Notes under the pieces: generated by a model
Told to the model about the DNA's origin: nothing
Database searches by the model: none
Seen by the model: only the letters and a program-made list of their open reading frames with translations
Shown here: in pieces, positions 47,030-62,564 of the stretch
Numbering within the stretch: position 1 is the stretch's first letter
Layout of the letters: each line of letters begins with the position of its first letter
Made by a program: the position numbers and the translations under genes
Assembly (NCBI RefSeq): GCF_048593235.1
Contig: NC_133619.1
Location: 164,376,454-164,440,453, forward strand
Length of the DNA stretch: 64,000 nucleotides
Reading direction: 5' to 3'
From: Sminthopsis crassicaudata
Taxonomy: Eukaryota

Positions 47030-48650
47030 TCATTTTGTTTTGCAATTTTTATTTCCTTAAAATGTTTCTCACATATAAAATTTTAAACAACTATTTTAGA
47101 AAAAAATTAGTTTCAATTTCTTTTTCTTTCTTCTGTTCACTCTCTCTTCTTGAGAAGACAAGAAATTTGATATTGATTTTATATGTGAAATCGTGTAGTA
47201 TGTTATTTCCTTATAACCCATGTGGAAAAAAAAACAATAAAAAATAAGAAAGAAAAAAGAAAAACATATGCATTCAGAGTGCATCAGCTCTCCCTCTGGA
47301 AGTGCATAGTATTTTTTATCATCAGTCTTTTGGGAACAATAGTGGATCATTATCTTGATCAGAATAGCTAAGATTTTAGCTAATCATCCTTAATGTATTG
47401 CTATTGCAGTACAGAGAACAATATTCTCCTGGTTCTGCTCATTTCATTTTACATGAGATCATATGAATAAAACCATCTTTTAAAAAATAATACAACGTTA
47501 CCTCACAATGTGTTCAATCTTTTTTCCTCTTGGTGGGTATCACTTCAGTTTCCAATTTTTTTTACACCAAAAGAGAGATGCTATATATAAAAATGTATAA
47601 GTAAGTCTTTTTCCACTTTCTTTGATCTCTTTGGGATATAGACCTCGTAATGATACTTCTGAGTCAAAGGATATGCCTTTTTACAGTTTTTGTAGTGTAA
47701 TTCCAAATTGTTCTCCAGAATAGTTGGATCAGTTCACAACTCTACCAACAGTGCATTAATGTCTCGATTTTTCCATATTCCCTCCAAAACTCCATTAGCC
47801 AAGGTGATAGGTAAGATATGTTATCTCAGAGTTTTTTTTAAATTTGCACTTCTCTAATCAGTAATGATGCATTTTTATATACTAACTTTTCTTTTTTCTG
47901 AAAACTATTGGCTTTCAGATTTTTGTTCACCGATTCCTTTGATATCTTGATTTTTTTATTTTTAGATACATTTTGTTACTAATATTTTTACTTCTATAAA
48001 ATAATTTTTGGTAGTTTGATCTACTAAATAAGTGAATTAACTTGAGTAGAAGCATGATTTTATTATATTGATTTATACCATCCATGAACAATTAATATTT
48101 CTCCAATTTTATGGATCTATTTTTATTTGTGTGAAAAATGTTTTGTTGTATCCATATAGTTTCTCAGTTTGTTTTGACAATTGGACTCCCAAGTATTTTA
48201 TATTGCCTGGCATTATTTTAAATGGTTTTTCTCTTTCTTTAACAATTTTTATAGTATATACAAATGTTAATGATTTATATGGGTTAATATTTTGCAACTT
48301 TGCTAAAATTGTTAATTGTTTCAACTCATTTTAGGTGTTGAATTATCTGTGTACCATAATATCATATGAATAGGTTTCTTTCTTGCTCCCTGGAATAATT
48401 GATAATATCCTTGGGAGTGTACATTTTGGGATCTCTTTTAAGAGATGACCAGTGAATTCTTCAAATTTTTATTTTACCTTTTTTGTTCAAGGATACTGAA
48501 ACAGTATTCTTTGACAATTTCTTTATATATGATGTATAGGCTTTTTCTTTGATCATGAAATTCAGGTAATCTAATACTTTTTAAATGATCTCTCCTCAAT
48601 CTATTTTCCAGATCAGTTGTTTTTCTTGATGTTTCACTAAACAGAAGTGG
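47030..48650 (-). mobile_element. Fragmented old L1 (3' UTR, ORF2 and ORF1 pieces)
   Basis: Antisense 'NIKYLGVQL' (ORF2) and 'DLENRLRRDHLKSIRLPE' (ORF1 motif) in the ORF track. Confidence 0.65.
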
Positions 48651-49813
48651 TATAGTGGGTAAATACAATTGAACTTCCAGGTAATTCCTGCTCCTCAGAG
48701 TTTTAACTCTCTCTTGACCAAAAGTTCAATGTAATTTTGCAGAAGTTTTTGATGTTTTTTTTTTTTTAATTAATTGACTTTTGTCATTCTTTCCTTCCTC
48801 TGTCTTTCACAACTTCTAGATAGTTTTTACAAATTAGTATTGTAGATTTAGTTAACTAATGAACTGGGTAGTATCTTTCACAACATATTTATTATGTCAC
48901 GTTGGTTAAGATTATATCAAAAGCTTAATTTTGCAACATTCTGTAGCTTTTCCCTTTCTGATGTCCCACATAGCATGTAATACATTACCTTAGATATAGA
49001 AGTCATTCAGTTAAAAATTTTTTCTGAATGGCTGAGTTAGTGATTAACTTATTTCAGTTGTATTTGTAGTAAAGTTTGCAAATTGAAATATATATTTTAA
49101 AAAGTGGATTTACTCATATATGAAACTTCAAAACTGAAAATATCATAACTAATCAAATTTATGACTCTCATCTATGATATTCAGAGAAGTCTTTTATGGG
49201 AAGACAAAATTGAATACACAATTTATCCAACATATTTATCCACTGGTTATGTCTCATTCTCTCTAGATGACTGGGCCCTTGTCAACTGTGTTCCCTTATC
49301 ATAGATCCTGAGAATTGAGGATAAAAGTCATTAATTACACTTAGGTGCAAATTGATAATTTGGAGTTTGTAGATTCAATAGGACAGGTAAGTTCTAATGT
49401 AAAGATGTTAAATCTGCTGGGAATTCTAGTGCTACTACCTGCCTCTCAACTCCTAATAGCATTTTAAGATGTTAAATCTGTATTGAATAGTAGTAAGGAG
49501 AGCAAAAATAAAGTGCCAGATATTTTGAAAGGTGAACTGTTGTGAAAATACCTTAACAATACCTTGGAGAGAAGAGGAACAGGATCTCCATATTTTATAT
49601 GATCTGTTTTTCAAATATTCATTGCAAATAATAGGTCTACTCATTGACTAAATTCAAAAAAAATTTAGTAATGTTGATACTTGTCATAGTCTTTTAAGTT
49701 AATGAGTAGGTAAAAGAAATAAGGTTAAATTCTAAATAGCATTGGAATTCATTTTTGTTACTAGAAAGCAAACATCCCAAGCAAACCATACAAATAACCA
49801 TATAGAGTTTCAT

Positions 49814-50056
49814 NNNNNNNNNNNNNNNNNNNNNNNNNNNNNNNNNNNNNNNNNNNNNNNNNNNNNNNNNNNNNNNNNNNNNNNNNNNNNNNNNNNNNNN
49901 NNNNNNNNNNNNNNNNNNNNNNNNNNNNNNNNNNNNNNNNNNNNNNNNNNNNNNNNNNNNNNNNNNNNNNNNNNNNNNNNNNNNNNNNNNNNNNNNNNNN
50001 NNNNNNNNNNNNNNNNNNNNNNNNNNNNNNNNNNNNNNNNNNNNNNNNNNNNNNNN
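49814..50056. other. Assembly gap (243 N)
   Basis: Run of N. Confidence 1.
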
Positions 50057-50522
50057 ATAAATACCTCAGGTCAAATTGTGATGAGAATTCTCTCTGCCAA
50101 AACAAACAATAATGACAATAACAACAACAAAACAAAAAAAATGGGTTTCTTTGAAACAATCCTCTCATCTGTGAAATAGGAATAACATACACCATATTAA
50201 TTATTTCACAGTATTATTGTGTAAGTCAAATTGTAGAAACCATATGAATAACTTTATAAGAATAAAGTTCCCTAAAAGCATAAATATCATCCATATTAGT
50301 GGGTAATATGTCTTAGTGAACAGTAGATTTGGATTCCAAAAGAAAATAAGTTTTTCTTCTGGCACATACATATGTCTATGATTATGAGGAAAACTATTAA
50401 TCTCTTTGCAGCAGAGCAAATCATGATAAGTATATAATTAACAAACTAGTTGATATGCATCAATAGTAATTCCCTATACTGACAGAATCACATGTCCGTT
50501 ACTACTAAGAGCAAAATAGTTA

Positions 50523-50523
50523 C

Positions 50524-50573
<50 letters not shown>
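50523..50573. repeat. (CAT)n microsatellite
   Basis: Visible directly. Confidence 0.95.
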
Positions 50574-50574
<1 letters not shown>

Positions 50575-52399
50575 TTCCATCAAGCAATTCTTTGTATTTT
50601 TTCATATAATCTAGATAGAAATTGTTTTGGGACAAGCTTCAGTTCCTTTATTATTCTTTTAAATTTAATGTTATGTACTGATTATTGCTCAAGTGGCTGA
50701 ATTTTTTTTATAGTTGAATAAACATTTTAGGATAGAGGCTTATCTTTTTCAAGCTCATTAAAGTTGTCCTTGGTACAATTTCAGTAGCAGATAGAATTGG
50801 AAATGATGTGCATTTCATCATCCTATTCTCACATTATTTTGATAGTCTCTGTTAGATGGCTTTCTGTTATCATCATCAATTATTATATTACTATTAAAAC
50901 TATTATTATTCATACTGTTTTGGTATTAGAAGGTTGGAATCAAGGTTATTGCTTATAAAACTACAGTTTGGCTCTAAACTTTTAGAATTTATAGAGAAAA
51001 AGTTATGAGCTTTAATAGTAAAAGAGAATATTACAAAATATCCTTATTTTACCATGCCTGAAAATTAGATATCTTTGAGGAAATGATAGATATTTATTTT
51101 CAGAAATGGCATCACAGTTAAAAATCTCATTTCTATTAAGGTCTCTTTAATATAAGACTATCTCTAATGTATGTGATGGTAGAATCTATTACAGAATTGT
51201 TTCAAATGTAACTTAGATTAGAATGATAAAATTTGGTCCTTCTGCAAAGGGGCACAACGGGTTAATTGAATTCAATTCAAAAGATATTTGCAGTCATTAT
51301 TCTGCCACAAATACTGCAAGGTAGATAAATCTCCAAAGATAATGATTTTTGTTTTTAGGGAGTATTTTTCTAAATACTCCAATTATAACATTGCCTTCTA
51401 AAAATAACACCCAGTTATAGACAAAATTGTTAATAGTAAACATTTGATTTTCTGTGATAATTACTCTTTTTAAAACTTCTAATACCATTGGCACTCTATA
51501 TTAGGGCCCATTCTCCCCAGTCTTTCCCTTCTTTATGGCAGAACTTGCTACTATACTCAGAGAACATAGACTATTAGAGAATAGAAGTTCAAAGATAGCC
51601 TAAAAAATCATGTCCCTGTCTCTGTCAATATTTATGATGAAAATAAAATGACTAACCCAAATCATTATAATATAATTAACATTTAAAGCATGTATAAGCC
51701 TCCAGATAATCCCACAAATAGGAATTTAAATTCTACCAAACATTCAATATATACATACTTTGGAAATTTTACAAGTTAGATAGAATATTCTAATTCTCTG
51801 ATAGAGAGATGATATAATATACTAGGGGGATTACTAGTTACAACTGATAGGCACATTTTGTGTACTTATTTGTAGTGTTTTTTTAAGTACAAATACAATA
51901 TAATATCATGGGCTTTTTTGTAGAATAAAGCAGAGCTTTTTAAACTTAAGTATAATCATGAGCCTGGAGTAATGGTGGTGATGATGGAGGGGTTAGATTG
52001 AGTCCTTCTTGGAATGAAAGTGCACAAAGCAATGATCTAAATGGTGAATATTTTCAAGTATAACTACAAAATAAGTAAATTCACTGTTAATAATGAAGAC
52101 ACCATCCTAGTCAAAGCCAAATGACGTGTCCATGATTACATAACTTCAAAACATGAGGGAAAATTTCAACTTTCTGACTCCACAGCAATTATTCTGTTTA
52201 TTGCATTGTTGTGTTTATTTGTTTAAGTCATGTCTGCTCTTTTGACCCCATTTGGGGTTATTTCAGCAAAGAAACCAGTGCTTTGTATTTCTTTCTCCAG
52301 ATCATTTTACAGAAGAAGAAACTAAAATAAATAGGATTAATTTTCCTAGAGCCATACAACTAGAAAACATCTTCCATTTACAACAAGGATCAGATACAA

Positions 52400-52680
52400 A
52401 GAACAGCAAGGTGGCCCTGCAATAAATAGAGCACCTGACCTGGGATCAGAAAATTTCATCTCCATGAGTTCAAACCTAACCTCAAATATTTACTAGCTGT
52501 ATGACCCTGTACAAGCCAGTTTGCTTCAGTTTTCTCATCTGTAAAATGTAAAATGATCAGTTTTCTCATCTGTTAAAAAAAAAAAAGGAAATGAAAAATT
52601 ACATCAGTATCTTTGCCAAGAAAGCCCCAAATAGTGTCACAGAGTGGTACACAATTGAAACGACCAAGCAAAAACAACAA
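52400..52680 (+). mobile_element. CORE-SINE (Mar1-like) with RTE tail
   Basis: 'gagttcaaacctaacctc...ctgtatgaccctg.acaag...cagttttctcatctgtaaaatg' followed by 'cagtatctttgccaagaaagccccaaat'. Confidence 0.65.
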
Positions 52681-55600
52681 AATATATAAAGTCCTCTTCA
52701 CAACTTGGCTAATTCCTATCTTTCAAGTATTTATATCTTCTACTTTCCCATGCCTACTCAATAATTCTGCCATACTGGCCTATTTGCCTCAATAATGGCA
52801 CTCCATCTCTCATGTTTTGCCCTAGTTTTTTCCCATGCTTAGCATGCTTTTTCTCATCCTCTCTATCTACCAGTTCCCCTAGCTTCCTTTAAGACTCATT
52901 TCAAACCTACTTTTTAATAGAAGTCTTATTATTTATATAGATATTTTAATGTTATTTCCCTCACTAAGCTCTTTTACAGTAAACAATGTGTTTCCCCCTT
53001 TTTTCTTTCTACCTCTAGTTCTACCATATGCCTAGTGCCTAACACATGAAAAATGTTTAATAAAAGTTTACTGATTGAGAATATCTCATATAAGGACAAA
53101 GAACTTAAGTAAAATTGTCTCCATATTATTATAGAGTTAAGCATTTTAAAAAGGTTTGTTACTGAATTGAGTTTACTACCTCAGGTGATTGGACCTCAAG
53201 TGGCTGTTGAGACACTAGTCATGTTCCTCCAGATTTCATTTTATTCCACTAACTCTAAGGATATGCAAATTGTGTAAAAGAGAGACAGGAATATAACAAA
53301 ATTTATATGGTGAGAAAAAGTGAGCCCAGGGGAATGTGGGAAGGAAGGAGACATGGTCTACCCTAAGTCACATAGGTAGTAAGCAATCTTTATTATGAAA
53401 AAAGAGCAGATGTGATGACTTCATTTCCCTTGATAGTGTTAAAGAGCCCTGTTTGTGAACTGTCTCTTTCCCATTCACTGTCACAGCTTTAAATGACAGC
53501 CAGCCAGCTGTGAACATAAAAGGCCTGAGAAGGAGAATGAAAAATGACAGTGAGCATTTCTGCACACGCCAAACTGCTGTTTACAACATGTATTTTTTTC
53601 TGTTTGTTTGTTTTGTTTTGTTTTTCTTTTTAGAGACCTATTTACTGTTTGTCATTCAAGCTGATTATGATTGTCTTCCCAGCAATCATATTGTCAGTTG
53701 GGATGACATAATGCATCAATAAGGTAATAGAGTATTGAGATATATTTCATATTTTATAAAAGACTATACACTCTTTGAGTCATCTACTTTGTCTTCTGAC
53801 TTCTGACTTATATATCTCTTCCCAGATCTGATCTATCTTTTCTTTCATTAGCTCTACATGCTTTCTAAAATGATATATTAACTATTATAATAGATACAAA
53901 ATAGATGGATGAAATGTGATAAAAGAAAATTATTTTATGTACATACTAGTGATTGGTATCATTATTTTGTCCTTTTTTCCTGAAGAGGACCATAACATCA
54001 GGGAGGTGATATATGTCAATTGGATTTATTTTCTTCTCCAGAGAAATTTGGGTCCATTGGCAAATTATAGATCTGGATGACTGAAGATGGCCCTAAACTT
54101 AATGGAAGATCTTGGCCTTTTAAAGCAAAGATCTTTAATAAGTCTCAGTTTGATTAAGGCAAGGTCCAATCAGTGATTAAGGTTAGATAAGGAATGAAGC
54201 AAAGAAAATCTGGGAAGAGAAGGTTCTCAGAGTTTCTGGCCAAAACAAAAAGAATTGTTATTTACATTCATTCACTCTGAACCAAGCTGGACTCAAATAA
54301 CGACCAAGTGGGACTTGAACCGGGGCCTGTTTTTGATCAATGCATGAAAGTCAGAATGATTTGCTTTCAAATCCTAGCTCATTAACCCCAAAATATTTGT
54401 GAGGTTTTAGGATCAAAATGTACATTCCTTTGGGTAGAACATCATCAGATAAGGGTATAATATCCTATGTGGACAGAGGGAAGAAAATGAAAGGAAAGAG
54501 AAAAAAGAAAAGAAGAGAACAGAAAAAAAAAAAAAAAAAACGAAAAGGGAAAAAAAGCTGTGTTGTCCAATTGGCCAGTTACATATGATACCCTAGTGGA
54601 TAGCTCCTACTCCTACTCACAGATGCTGTTATTTGTCCTTCATTTTAAGCAAAAATCATGACTTCAGGGAAGTGGTACTATGACATACAAGCAAATTACA
54701 TTTAAGTGAGGGAGGAATATATAAAGTTACCAGCCTTGCTTTTTCCTCTGGAGCCATATTGGTCCAGTGGCAGATATAAACCAGAATAGCCACAGGCTAG
54801 GGTATAATAACTTATGTAGATAAAGGGAAAAGAAAAGAAATAAAAAAAAGAAAAGAAAAGAAATGCCTCTGTGAGTAGGAGTAGGAGCTGCCTCACTGGG
54901 CATAAACATAAGAGAGAGGAGAAAATAAGTTGACAATTCTATTTTCTAGAAGGAGCAGCAGAGCTAAATGTTAAAAATATACTTCTACTTCTACTGTTTA
55001 CTCAGGTACTTTGTAATTTTGCTCTTTGTCTTAATAGAGGCAATAGTAATCATTTAAAATAAAATTTCAGCCATGAGAGAACAAAACAACTTTATGTAAA
55101 CAATATTGAAGGATAGACACTAATTCTATTTTTGGGACAGAACCACTGTATTATTCAGAGGAACAAAATAAAATTATAACCTATAACCAGATGACAAAGA
55201 GAACTAGTTGGCTGACAAGAATAGGGCTTGTTTATTTGGTAATGCAGATTCTTTTAGGGTTAAAGAGTTCATGTGGAAACTTAAATTTTAAAATCAGTGT
55301 CCCTAAATATCAGAATTTTCAGTAAAAAAACATAATGCTTCCAATTACAAAGAAGTTCTACAATCAATGGATGAAACATGATATTATAGTTAACTTCCTT
55401 GATACCTCATTTTGTATTTTATTTCACTCCATTTCTACCTTGTTTGTAAATCCTTTGGTTTTATTTACATTATTTTAGAACACAATCTGATATATTCTAT
55501 ATTTCTTAAATTCATATTTAGTTTTCTTGGAGACTGATATTATAGGCATTGTAGATAGATTATTGTGCCTGTAGCTATGAAAACTTGGGTTCAAGGTCAC

Positions 55601-57639
55601 CTTGACAGTTTCCGTGTATTTAATCATTTAATTACAGTGAGCTTCAATTTCCTCAACTCTAAAACAGGGAAAAGGATATTTAACAAGTTTGTTTTTAAGC
55701 TAAAATGAGATAATGTATATAAAACATTTTACAAATCTCAAAATGTAAATGTCAGTTATGTACTCATATGCATGTATAATTATATGTCTATATTTATATA
55801 CTTAGATGTTTATTTATATGTTTAGAAAATATAAATTTATATACTTACATGTATAAAGATATACTTATGTTCTTGAATTCTCTCTTTTTTTAAAAAAAGT
55901 TAAACAATTTAGTGAAAGAGACTTACTTATAAGATTTTTATGTTTTATTTTTAATGGAAAATGAATGTTATTTATATTCCATGTTTAACTCATTCTGCAA
56001 TATTACTTGAGTTCCAACTAGTTGGTTTTTCGTACTGTGATAGAGTATGAAAGAAATTAACTGACAGAAATGATCCCCAAGCAAATATAATTCTAGAAAG
56101 TTATTTATCCTCAGTTTTCATCTATATGTTCACTTTTAAATTTACAGTCAAAGATGTGAGAATTGCAGATTAAAAAATAATAATAAAAACAATAATACTT
56201 TCAAAATCACATTATTAAGTTCTAAAATATTTTACATATATTCTCATTTGATTTTCACAATAATCCTGTGAATTATAAGCTTTGTTATTATCCCCATTTC
56301 ACAGCTGAGGAAACAGGGACTCAGATTAATAACTACATAGCTAGTAAGTAAAAGACACAAAATTTCATCCCATGTCTTCCTTTATTCTACTTTCTACTCA
56401 TTATGCTATTCTTTTATTTTGGGAAAGATTTGGGAAACTGAATTCCCACTTTTTAACTCTTTTTTTTTTCTCCTAATAAATTGAAAGAGGAAGCAAACTT
56501 AGTATAACAATGTTTTTATGTGAATTTTTACTGTGAAACTCAAGTTTCACTAAATTTCTCATTAGTTTGGGATTTATCTAGTGATTTCTTCTTAGATATT
56601 TTCCAATATTTTGTCAATTGTAGATAAGTTACTAAAGCCATATGCTATATATTAATGAAATTAATGCTTAGATGGAACTACGTATAGAAAAATAAGATGA
56701 TACAATGGAAAAAAGTACCAGCACTGGGGAGTCGAGAAAATCTGACTTCAAATTCAATTTCTTAGTAGTTATGTTATCCTGAGCAAATCACTTAACCACT
56801 AGTTTATTCAGTTTTCTCTCCTGTAAGATGGTTATAGAAATACCATTTACATCACAAAATTGTTATGGAATTAAAGAATATCATAATTATTAGGCACATA
56901 GATATTGTTCTATTCAGTTTCTGATTTACTTGTATTTAATGAAATTAAATTCAGACATCCTCTATTTCAGTGGTGTCAAATAAATGGGCCATGAAATAAT
57001 AAGAGTCTGTGTTTTTGACATATTGATAGATGATGCTATATCATTATCTATACTTTATTGCATTTTTTAGTTTTATTGTGAAGTACTTTTAGATTATATT
57101 GTAATACGATTTGGCAGCATTGCCCTGTACCTCTACTTTAATTCAACCTCATTATTTTACAGAAAAAGCAACTGTAGCCCACAAAATTTAAATAAATTGT
57201 TCTGAATCACATGGGTAACTTCTAAAAGGGACTTTATTCCCCTGTTTCTGTGGCATTTCCATACTACCATATTTTTTTTCTCAAGTTTTCTAGGATTGTT
57301 TGAACTCCAAATTGATGATAATCTAGTGGAATGTCCCAGGACTCTGTTTTATAATTATATGTTATGTAACATCTGTTTTACAACCTATGATATACAACAT
57401 TGGTGTCCATCTTAAATGTAAACAGAACTATGAGGCCAAATATTGACTTTAGAACAACACAAATTACTATCATCTATGTGGTATTACATTTGTATTAAAT
57501 GTGTTAAACATTACATCTCTTCAAAATTACTTTTTCATAGAAAACAGTTGTCTGTGGCCTGAATTTGATATGTTTACTGTATGTTTTAATTAGAAACTTT
57601 GAAGAAATCATGATGTTTATCAAATTCATAGTTAACCCA

Positions 57640-57790
57640 AAGCTGTAAGGTTAGCTAATACAAAGGATGAGAGAAATCATGACCCAGAAAGATATCAGTA
57701 GACTAGAAAGGATAAGCCAAAACATCAGTTATTAAATATTAACATTAAATTTTGCACTTGGGTTCCAAAAATCAACTACACAAATACAGG
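57640..57790 (+). mobile_element. CR1/L3 ORF2 fragment
   Basis: 'gcacttgggttccaaaaatcaactacacaaatacagg' matches the CR1 RT C-terminal region. Confidence 0.5.
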
Positions 57791-58299
57791 TTTTCATTTG
57801 CTTATTATAATCAGTCAGTCAGTCAGTAAAGTTTTATTCAGGGCTTATTATGTGCCAGATAGGTGCTAAGCACAGTGTCAAGTTTACAAAGAAATATAAT
57901 AATTCTCAAGAAGCTCACAATTTGTCTATGGAAGATATTTTGCTCATGAAATACTTTCATCTTCATTGAGCTCACATTTATGGTTAAAATGAGTAATTCT
58001 GTATTACTTGCCATCTTGTTAACCCCTGCTTAGGCTTTTCTCCTTTCCTTCACCTTTACCCCCCTCCCCAGTATTAAACTTGTGAGCATCACTTGCTACT
58101 CACAGCCCTCCCTTTTTTGTATCTCTCCCCCACCTTGGAATTCCTCCCCCTATTTTACCCCTTTTCCTCACAATTTCTGTATTCTCTTCTGTTTAGCTTA
58201 CACCTTCCCTTTTCACTTTTCCCCTCCCACTTTTCAATTAAGTGGAAGAAGTTTCACCATAAATTGAATATGTCTATATTTTTCTCTTTAAGCCAATTC

Positions 58300-61265
58300 T
58301 AATGAGAACTCACCACTAATGAAGAGGAAATTAGAGCCATAATTGGGAGTTACTTTGCCAAACTTTATGCCAATAAATTCGATAACTTAAATGAAATGGA
58401 ATACCTTCAAAAATATAGCTTGCCCAGATTAACAGAGTAAATTGGTTAAATAGTCCCATCTTAGAAAAAGAAATAGAACAAGCAATTAACCAACTCCTTA
58501 AGAATAAAATCCCCAGGACCAGATGGATTTACATGTGAATTCTACCAAACATTTAAAGAACAATTAACTCCAATATTATATAAACTATTTGAAAAAAATA
58601 GGGATTGAAGGAGTCCTACCAAATTCCTTTTATGATACAGACGTGGTACTGATACCTAAACCAGGTAGTTTGAAAACAGAGAAAGAAAATTATAGATCAA
58701 TCCCCCTAATGAATATTGATGCTAAAATCTTAAATAAAATATTAGCAAAACGATTACAGAAAATCATCCCCAGGATAATACACTATGACCAAGTAGGATT
58801 TATACCAGGAATGCAGGGCTGGTTCAATATTGGGAAAACTATTAGCATAATCAACTATATCAATAACCAAATTAACAAAAAAAAACATATGATAATCTCA
58901 ATAGATGCAGAAAAAATATTTGACAAAATCTAAGATCCATTCCTAATAAAAAACACTTGAGAATATAGGAATAAATGGATTATTCCTTAAAATAATAAGG
59001 AGCATATATTTAAAACTGTCAGTAAACATCATATGTAATAAGGATAAATTTGAACCTTCCCAGTAAGATCGAAAGTGAATCAAGGTTGCCTACCATCACT
59101 ATTACTATTCAATATTGTATTAGAAACATTAGCCTCAGCAATAAGAGTCGAGAAAGAGATTAAAGAAATTAGAGTAGGTAATGAGGAAACCAAACAATCA
59201 CTCTTTGCAGATGATATGATGGTATAGTTAGAGAACCCCAAAGATTCTACTAAAAAGCTATTAGAAATAATTCACAACTTTAGCAAAGTTGCAGGATACA
59301 AAATAAATCCACATAAATCCTTAGCATTTTTATACATCACCAACAAAATCCAATAGCAAGAGATACAAAGAAACATTCCATTCAAAATAACTGTCGAAAG
59401 TATAAAATATTTGGGAGTCTATCTACCAAAGGAAAGTTATATGAGGAATTATATGAGGAAAATTACAAACACTTGCCACAAAAATAAAGTCTGATTTTAA
59501 TAATTGGAAAAACATTAAGTGCTCTTGAATAGGCCAAGCAAATATAATAAATATAACAATACTCCCTAAACTAATCTATTTATTTAGTGCTATATCAATC
59601 AGACTCCCAAGAAACTATTGTAATGACCTAGAAAAAATAACAACAAAATTCATATGGAAGAACAAAAGGTCGAGAATTTCAAGGGAATTAATGAAAAAAA
59701 AAATCAAATGAAGGTGGCCTAGCTGTACCTGATCTAAAACTATATTATAAAGCAGCAGTCACCAAAACCATTTGGTATTAGCTAAGAAATAGATTAATCA
59801 GCTTCACAAAACAAAATAGTCAATTACTATAGCAATCTAGTGTTTGACAAACCCAAAGATCCCAACTTTTGGGATAAGAATTCATTATTTGACAAAAACT
59901 GTTGGGAAAACTGGAAATTAGTATGGCAGAAATTAAGCATGGACCCACACTTAACACCACATAAGATCAAAAAGGGTCCATGATTTAAGCATAAAGAATG
60001 AAATTGTAAATAAATTAGAGGAACATAGAATAGTTTACCTTTCAGACTTGTGGAGGAAGAAGGAATTTGTGACCAAAGAAGAATTAGAGGTCATTATTGA
60101 TCACAAAATAGAAAATTTTGATTACATCAAATTAAAAAGCTTTTGTACAAACAAAACTAATGCAAACAAGATTAGAAAGGAAGTAACAAACTGGGAAAAC
60201 ATTTTTACAATTAAAGGTTCTAATAAAGGCCTCATTTTCAAAAATATAGCGAACTGACTCTAATTTATAAGAAATCAAGCCATTCTCCAATTGATAAATG
60301 GTCAAAGGATATGAACAGACAGTTTTCAGATGATGAAATTGAAACTATTGCCACTCATATAAAAGAGTGTTTCAGATCACTATTGATCAGAGAACTACAA
60401 ATTAAGACAACTCTAGATACCACTGCACACCTGTCAGATTGGCTAAGATGACAGGAACAAATAATGATGAATGTTGGAGGGGATGTGGGAAAACTGGGAC
60501 ACTGATGTATTGTTGGTGGAGTTGTGAAAGAATCCAATCATTCTGGAGAGCAATCTGGAATTATGCCCAAAAAGTTATCAAACTGTGCATACCCTTTGAT
60601 CCAGCAGTGCTACTATTAGGCTTATGTCCCAAAGAGATATTAAGGAAAGGAAAAGGGCCTGTATGTGCCAAAATGTTTGCGGCAACGCTTTTTGTAGTGG
60701 CTAAAACTGGAAGATGAATGGATGCCTATCAATTGGAGAATGGTTGTGAAATTATGGTATATGAATGTTATGGAATATAATTGTTCTGTAAGAAATGAAC
60801 AGCAGGATGAATACAGGCTTGGATGCTGAGTGAAATGAACAGAATTAGAAGATCATTATACACTTTAAAAACAATACTGTATGAGGATGAATTCTAATGG
60901 AAGTGGATATCTTCAACATAGAGAAGAGCTAATCCAATTCCAATTGATCAATGATGGACAGAATCAGCTACACCCAGAGAAGGAACACTAGGAAATGATT
61001 GTAAACTGTTTGCATTTTTGTCTTTATTCCAAGGTTATATTTTACCTTCTGAATCCAATTCTTCCTGTGCAACAGGAAATTTGGTTCTGCACACATATAT
61101 TGTATCTAGGATATACTATAACACATTTAACATGTATGGGACTGCCTGCCATCTAGGGAAAGGAGCAGAGGGAAGGAGGGAAAAATTTGGAACAGAAGTG
61201 AGTACAAGGGATATTGTAAAAAATTACAATGCGTATGTACTGTCAAAAAAGATTATAATTATAAA
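58300..61265 (+). mobile_element. 5'-truncated L1 (~3 kb; disrupted ORF2 RT and C-terminus, 3' UTR) ending in a (TA)n tract at ~61270-61343
   Basis: ORF 58589-58933 '[55 protein letters not shown]' is L1 RT; the 3' part is the same family as 39365-40157. Confidence 0.92.
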
Positions 61266-61302
61266 AGATATATATGTATATATATATACATATATATATA
61301 TG

Positions 61303-61343
<41 letters not shown>

Positions 61344-62564
61344 GAGGAAATGACTAAGGGAAGTCTTAACTTCCCAAATTTTGCTTAACAGTAATTATGA
61401 AATAAACATTTATACAGTGTTTTCTTCACAATTCTATGAAGTAGTATGAGTATCATTATTATCAATTTAAAGATGAAAAAAATGAGGTTCAGAGTGGTAA
61501 GATTTACTCATGTTACTTAGCTTTTAAATTCCAGATGTAAACTGCATCTTCTGGCTCCATATCCTGAGTTTTTTCTACCATATCATGATGGTATTAGTAT
61601 AGAAATAAAAATTTAAAAGTCCTGGAGGGCAAAATATTCTCCTGTATTTCTTTGAATCTAATTAGTATCATACTCTTAATAATATTCAGTAAACATTTTT
61701 TGAATGAATGAGATCTGGAAAGAAAAAAAATAATTTATTGGGGGGGGGAAACAAAAAATTGCTTATGTTGATAAATGCATGCAATGGGTTGTTTGGACTC
61801 ATTAGAGAGTGCTATATAATGAACAAGCAAAACATAGGTTAAATTTAGAATTTGGGTACATATGAAGATGAATGGAAATGATTTAAACATAACAATAAAA
61901 AACTAAATTAATTTTATTCTTAGTACACTCAATGTTTCTGTTAAGTAGGCAAATTTTTAGAGACTAGTCTGATGAGAAGTAAAAGGAGGAGGAAGGAGAA
62001 GAGAGAAGAAAGAGGCAGAAGGGAAGGGGAAGAATATGAAAGAAGAAGGGAAGAAGAGCAGAAAGAAGAGGGGAAGAGAAAGAAGGAGAAAGAGGTTTGT
62101 TTGTTACTTTTTCTCTATTTCTTTCTTTTTCTCTCATTCTTTGTTTTTTTTTCTTTTCTCTTTTGTTTGTTAGTTCATCAAGAGGCCAGGAATATAGACA
62201 AACAGAAGCCTAATAAGGATCATGAGAGCAAATATACATACACATATGTGTGTGCATGTGTGTGCACATGCATAGCTAAGTGATAAAGTTGATAAAGAGT
62301 CCAGGAGTATTTTGGAATTTTTCCTAAAGTGGTAAGTATATATCAAATCTGGTGGAATGAAGGAATATATAAGAGAAAAAGAAATATTATAATTCCAATA
62401 TTCCAAATTCAATTATTCAATAAAAAGAAGCATTTATAAGCAGCAAGTGTTGCCTTAATTATGATAAAGAGTAGAAAAATAAATTAATCTGACAAATTTT
62501 ATTCACACTAAGATAACTGGTCATAATTGGTGTCTTAAAGCTATTAACAATCAAATTAGAGCAA

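Noticed and set aside
49742-50195. ORFs spanning the N run
   Set aside because: Artefacts of the assembly gap.
58589-60717. Active L1 ORF2
   Set aside because: 5'-truncated and broken by many stops and frameshifts.
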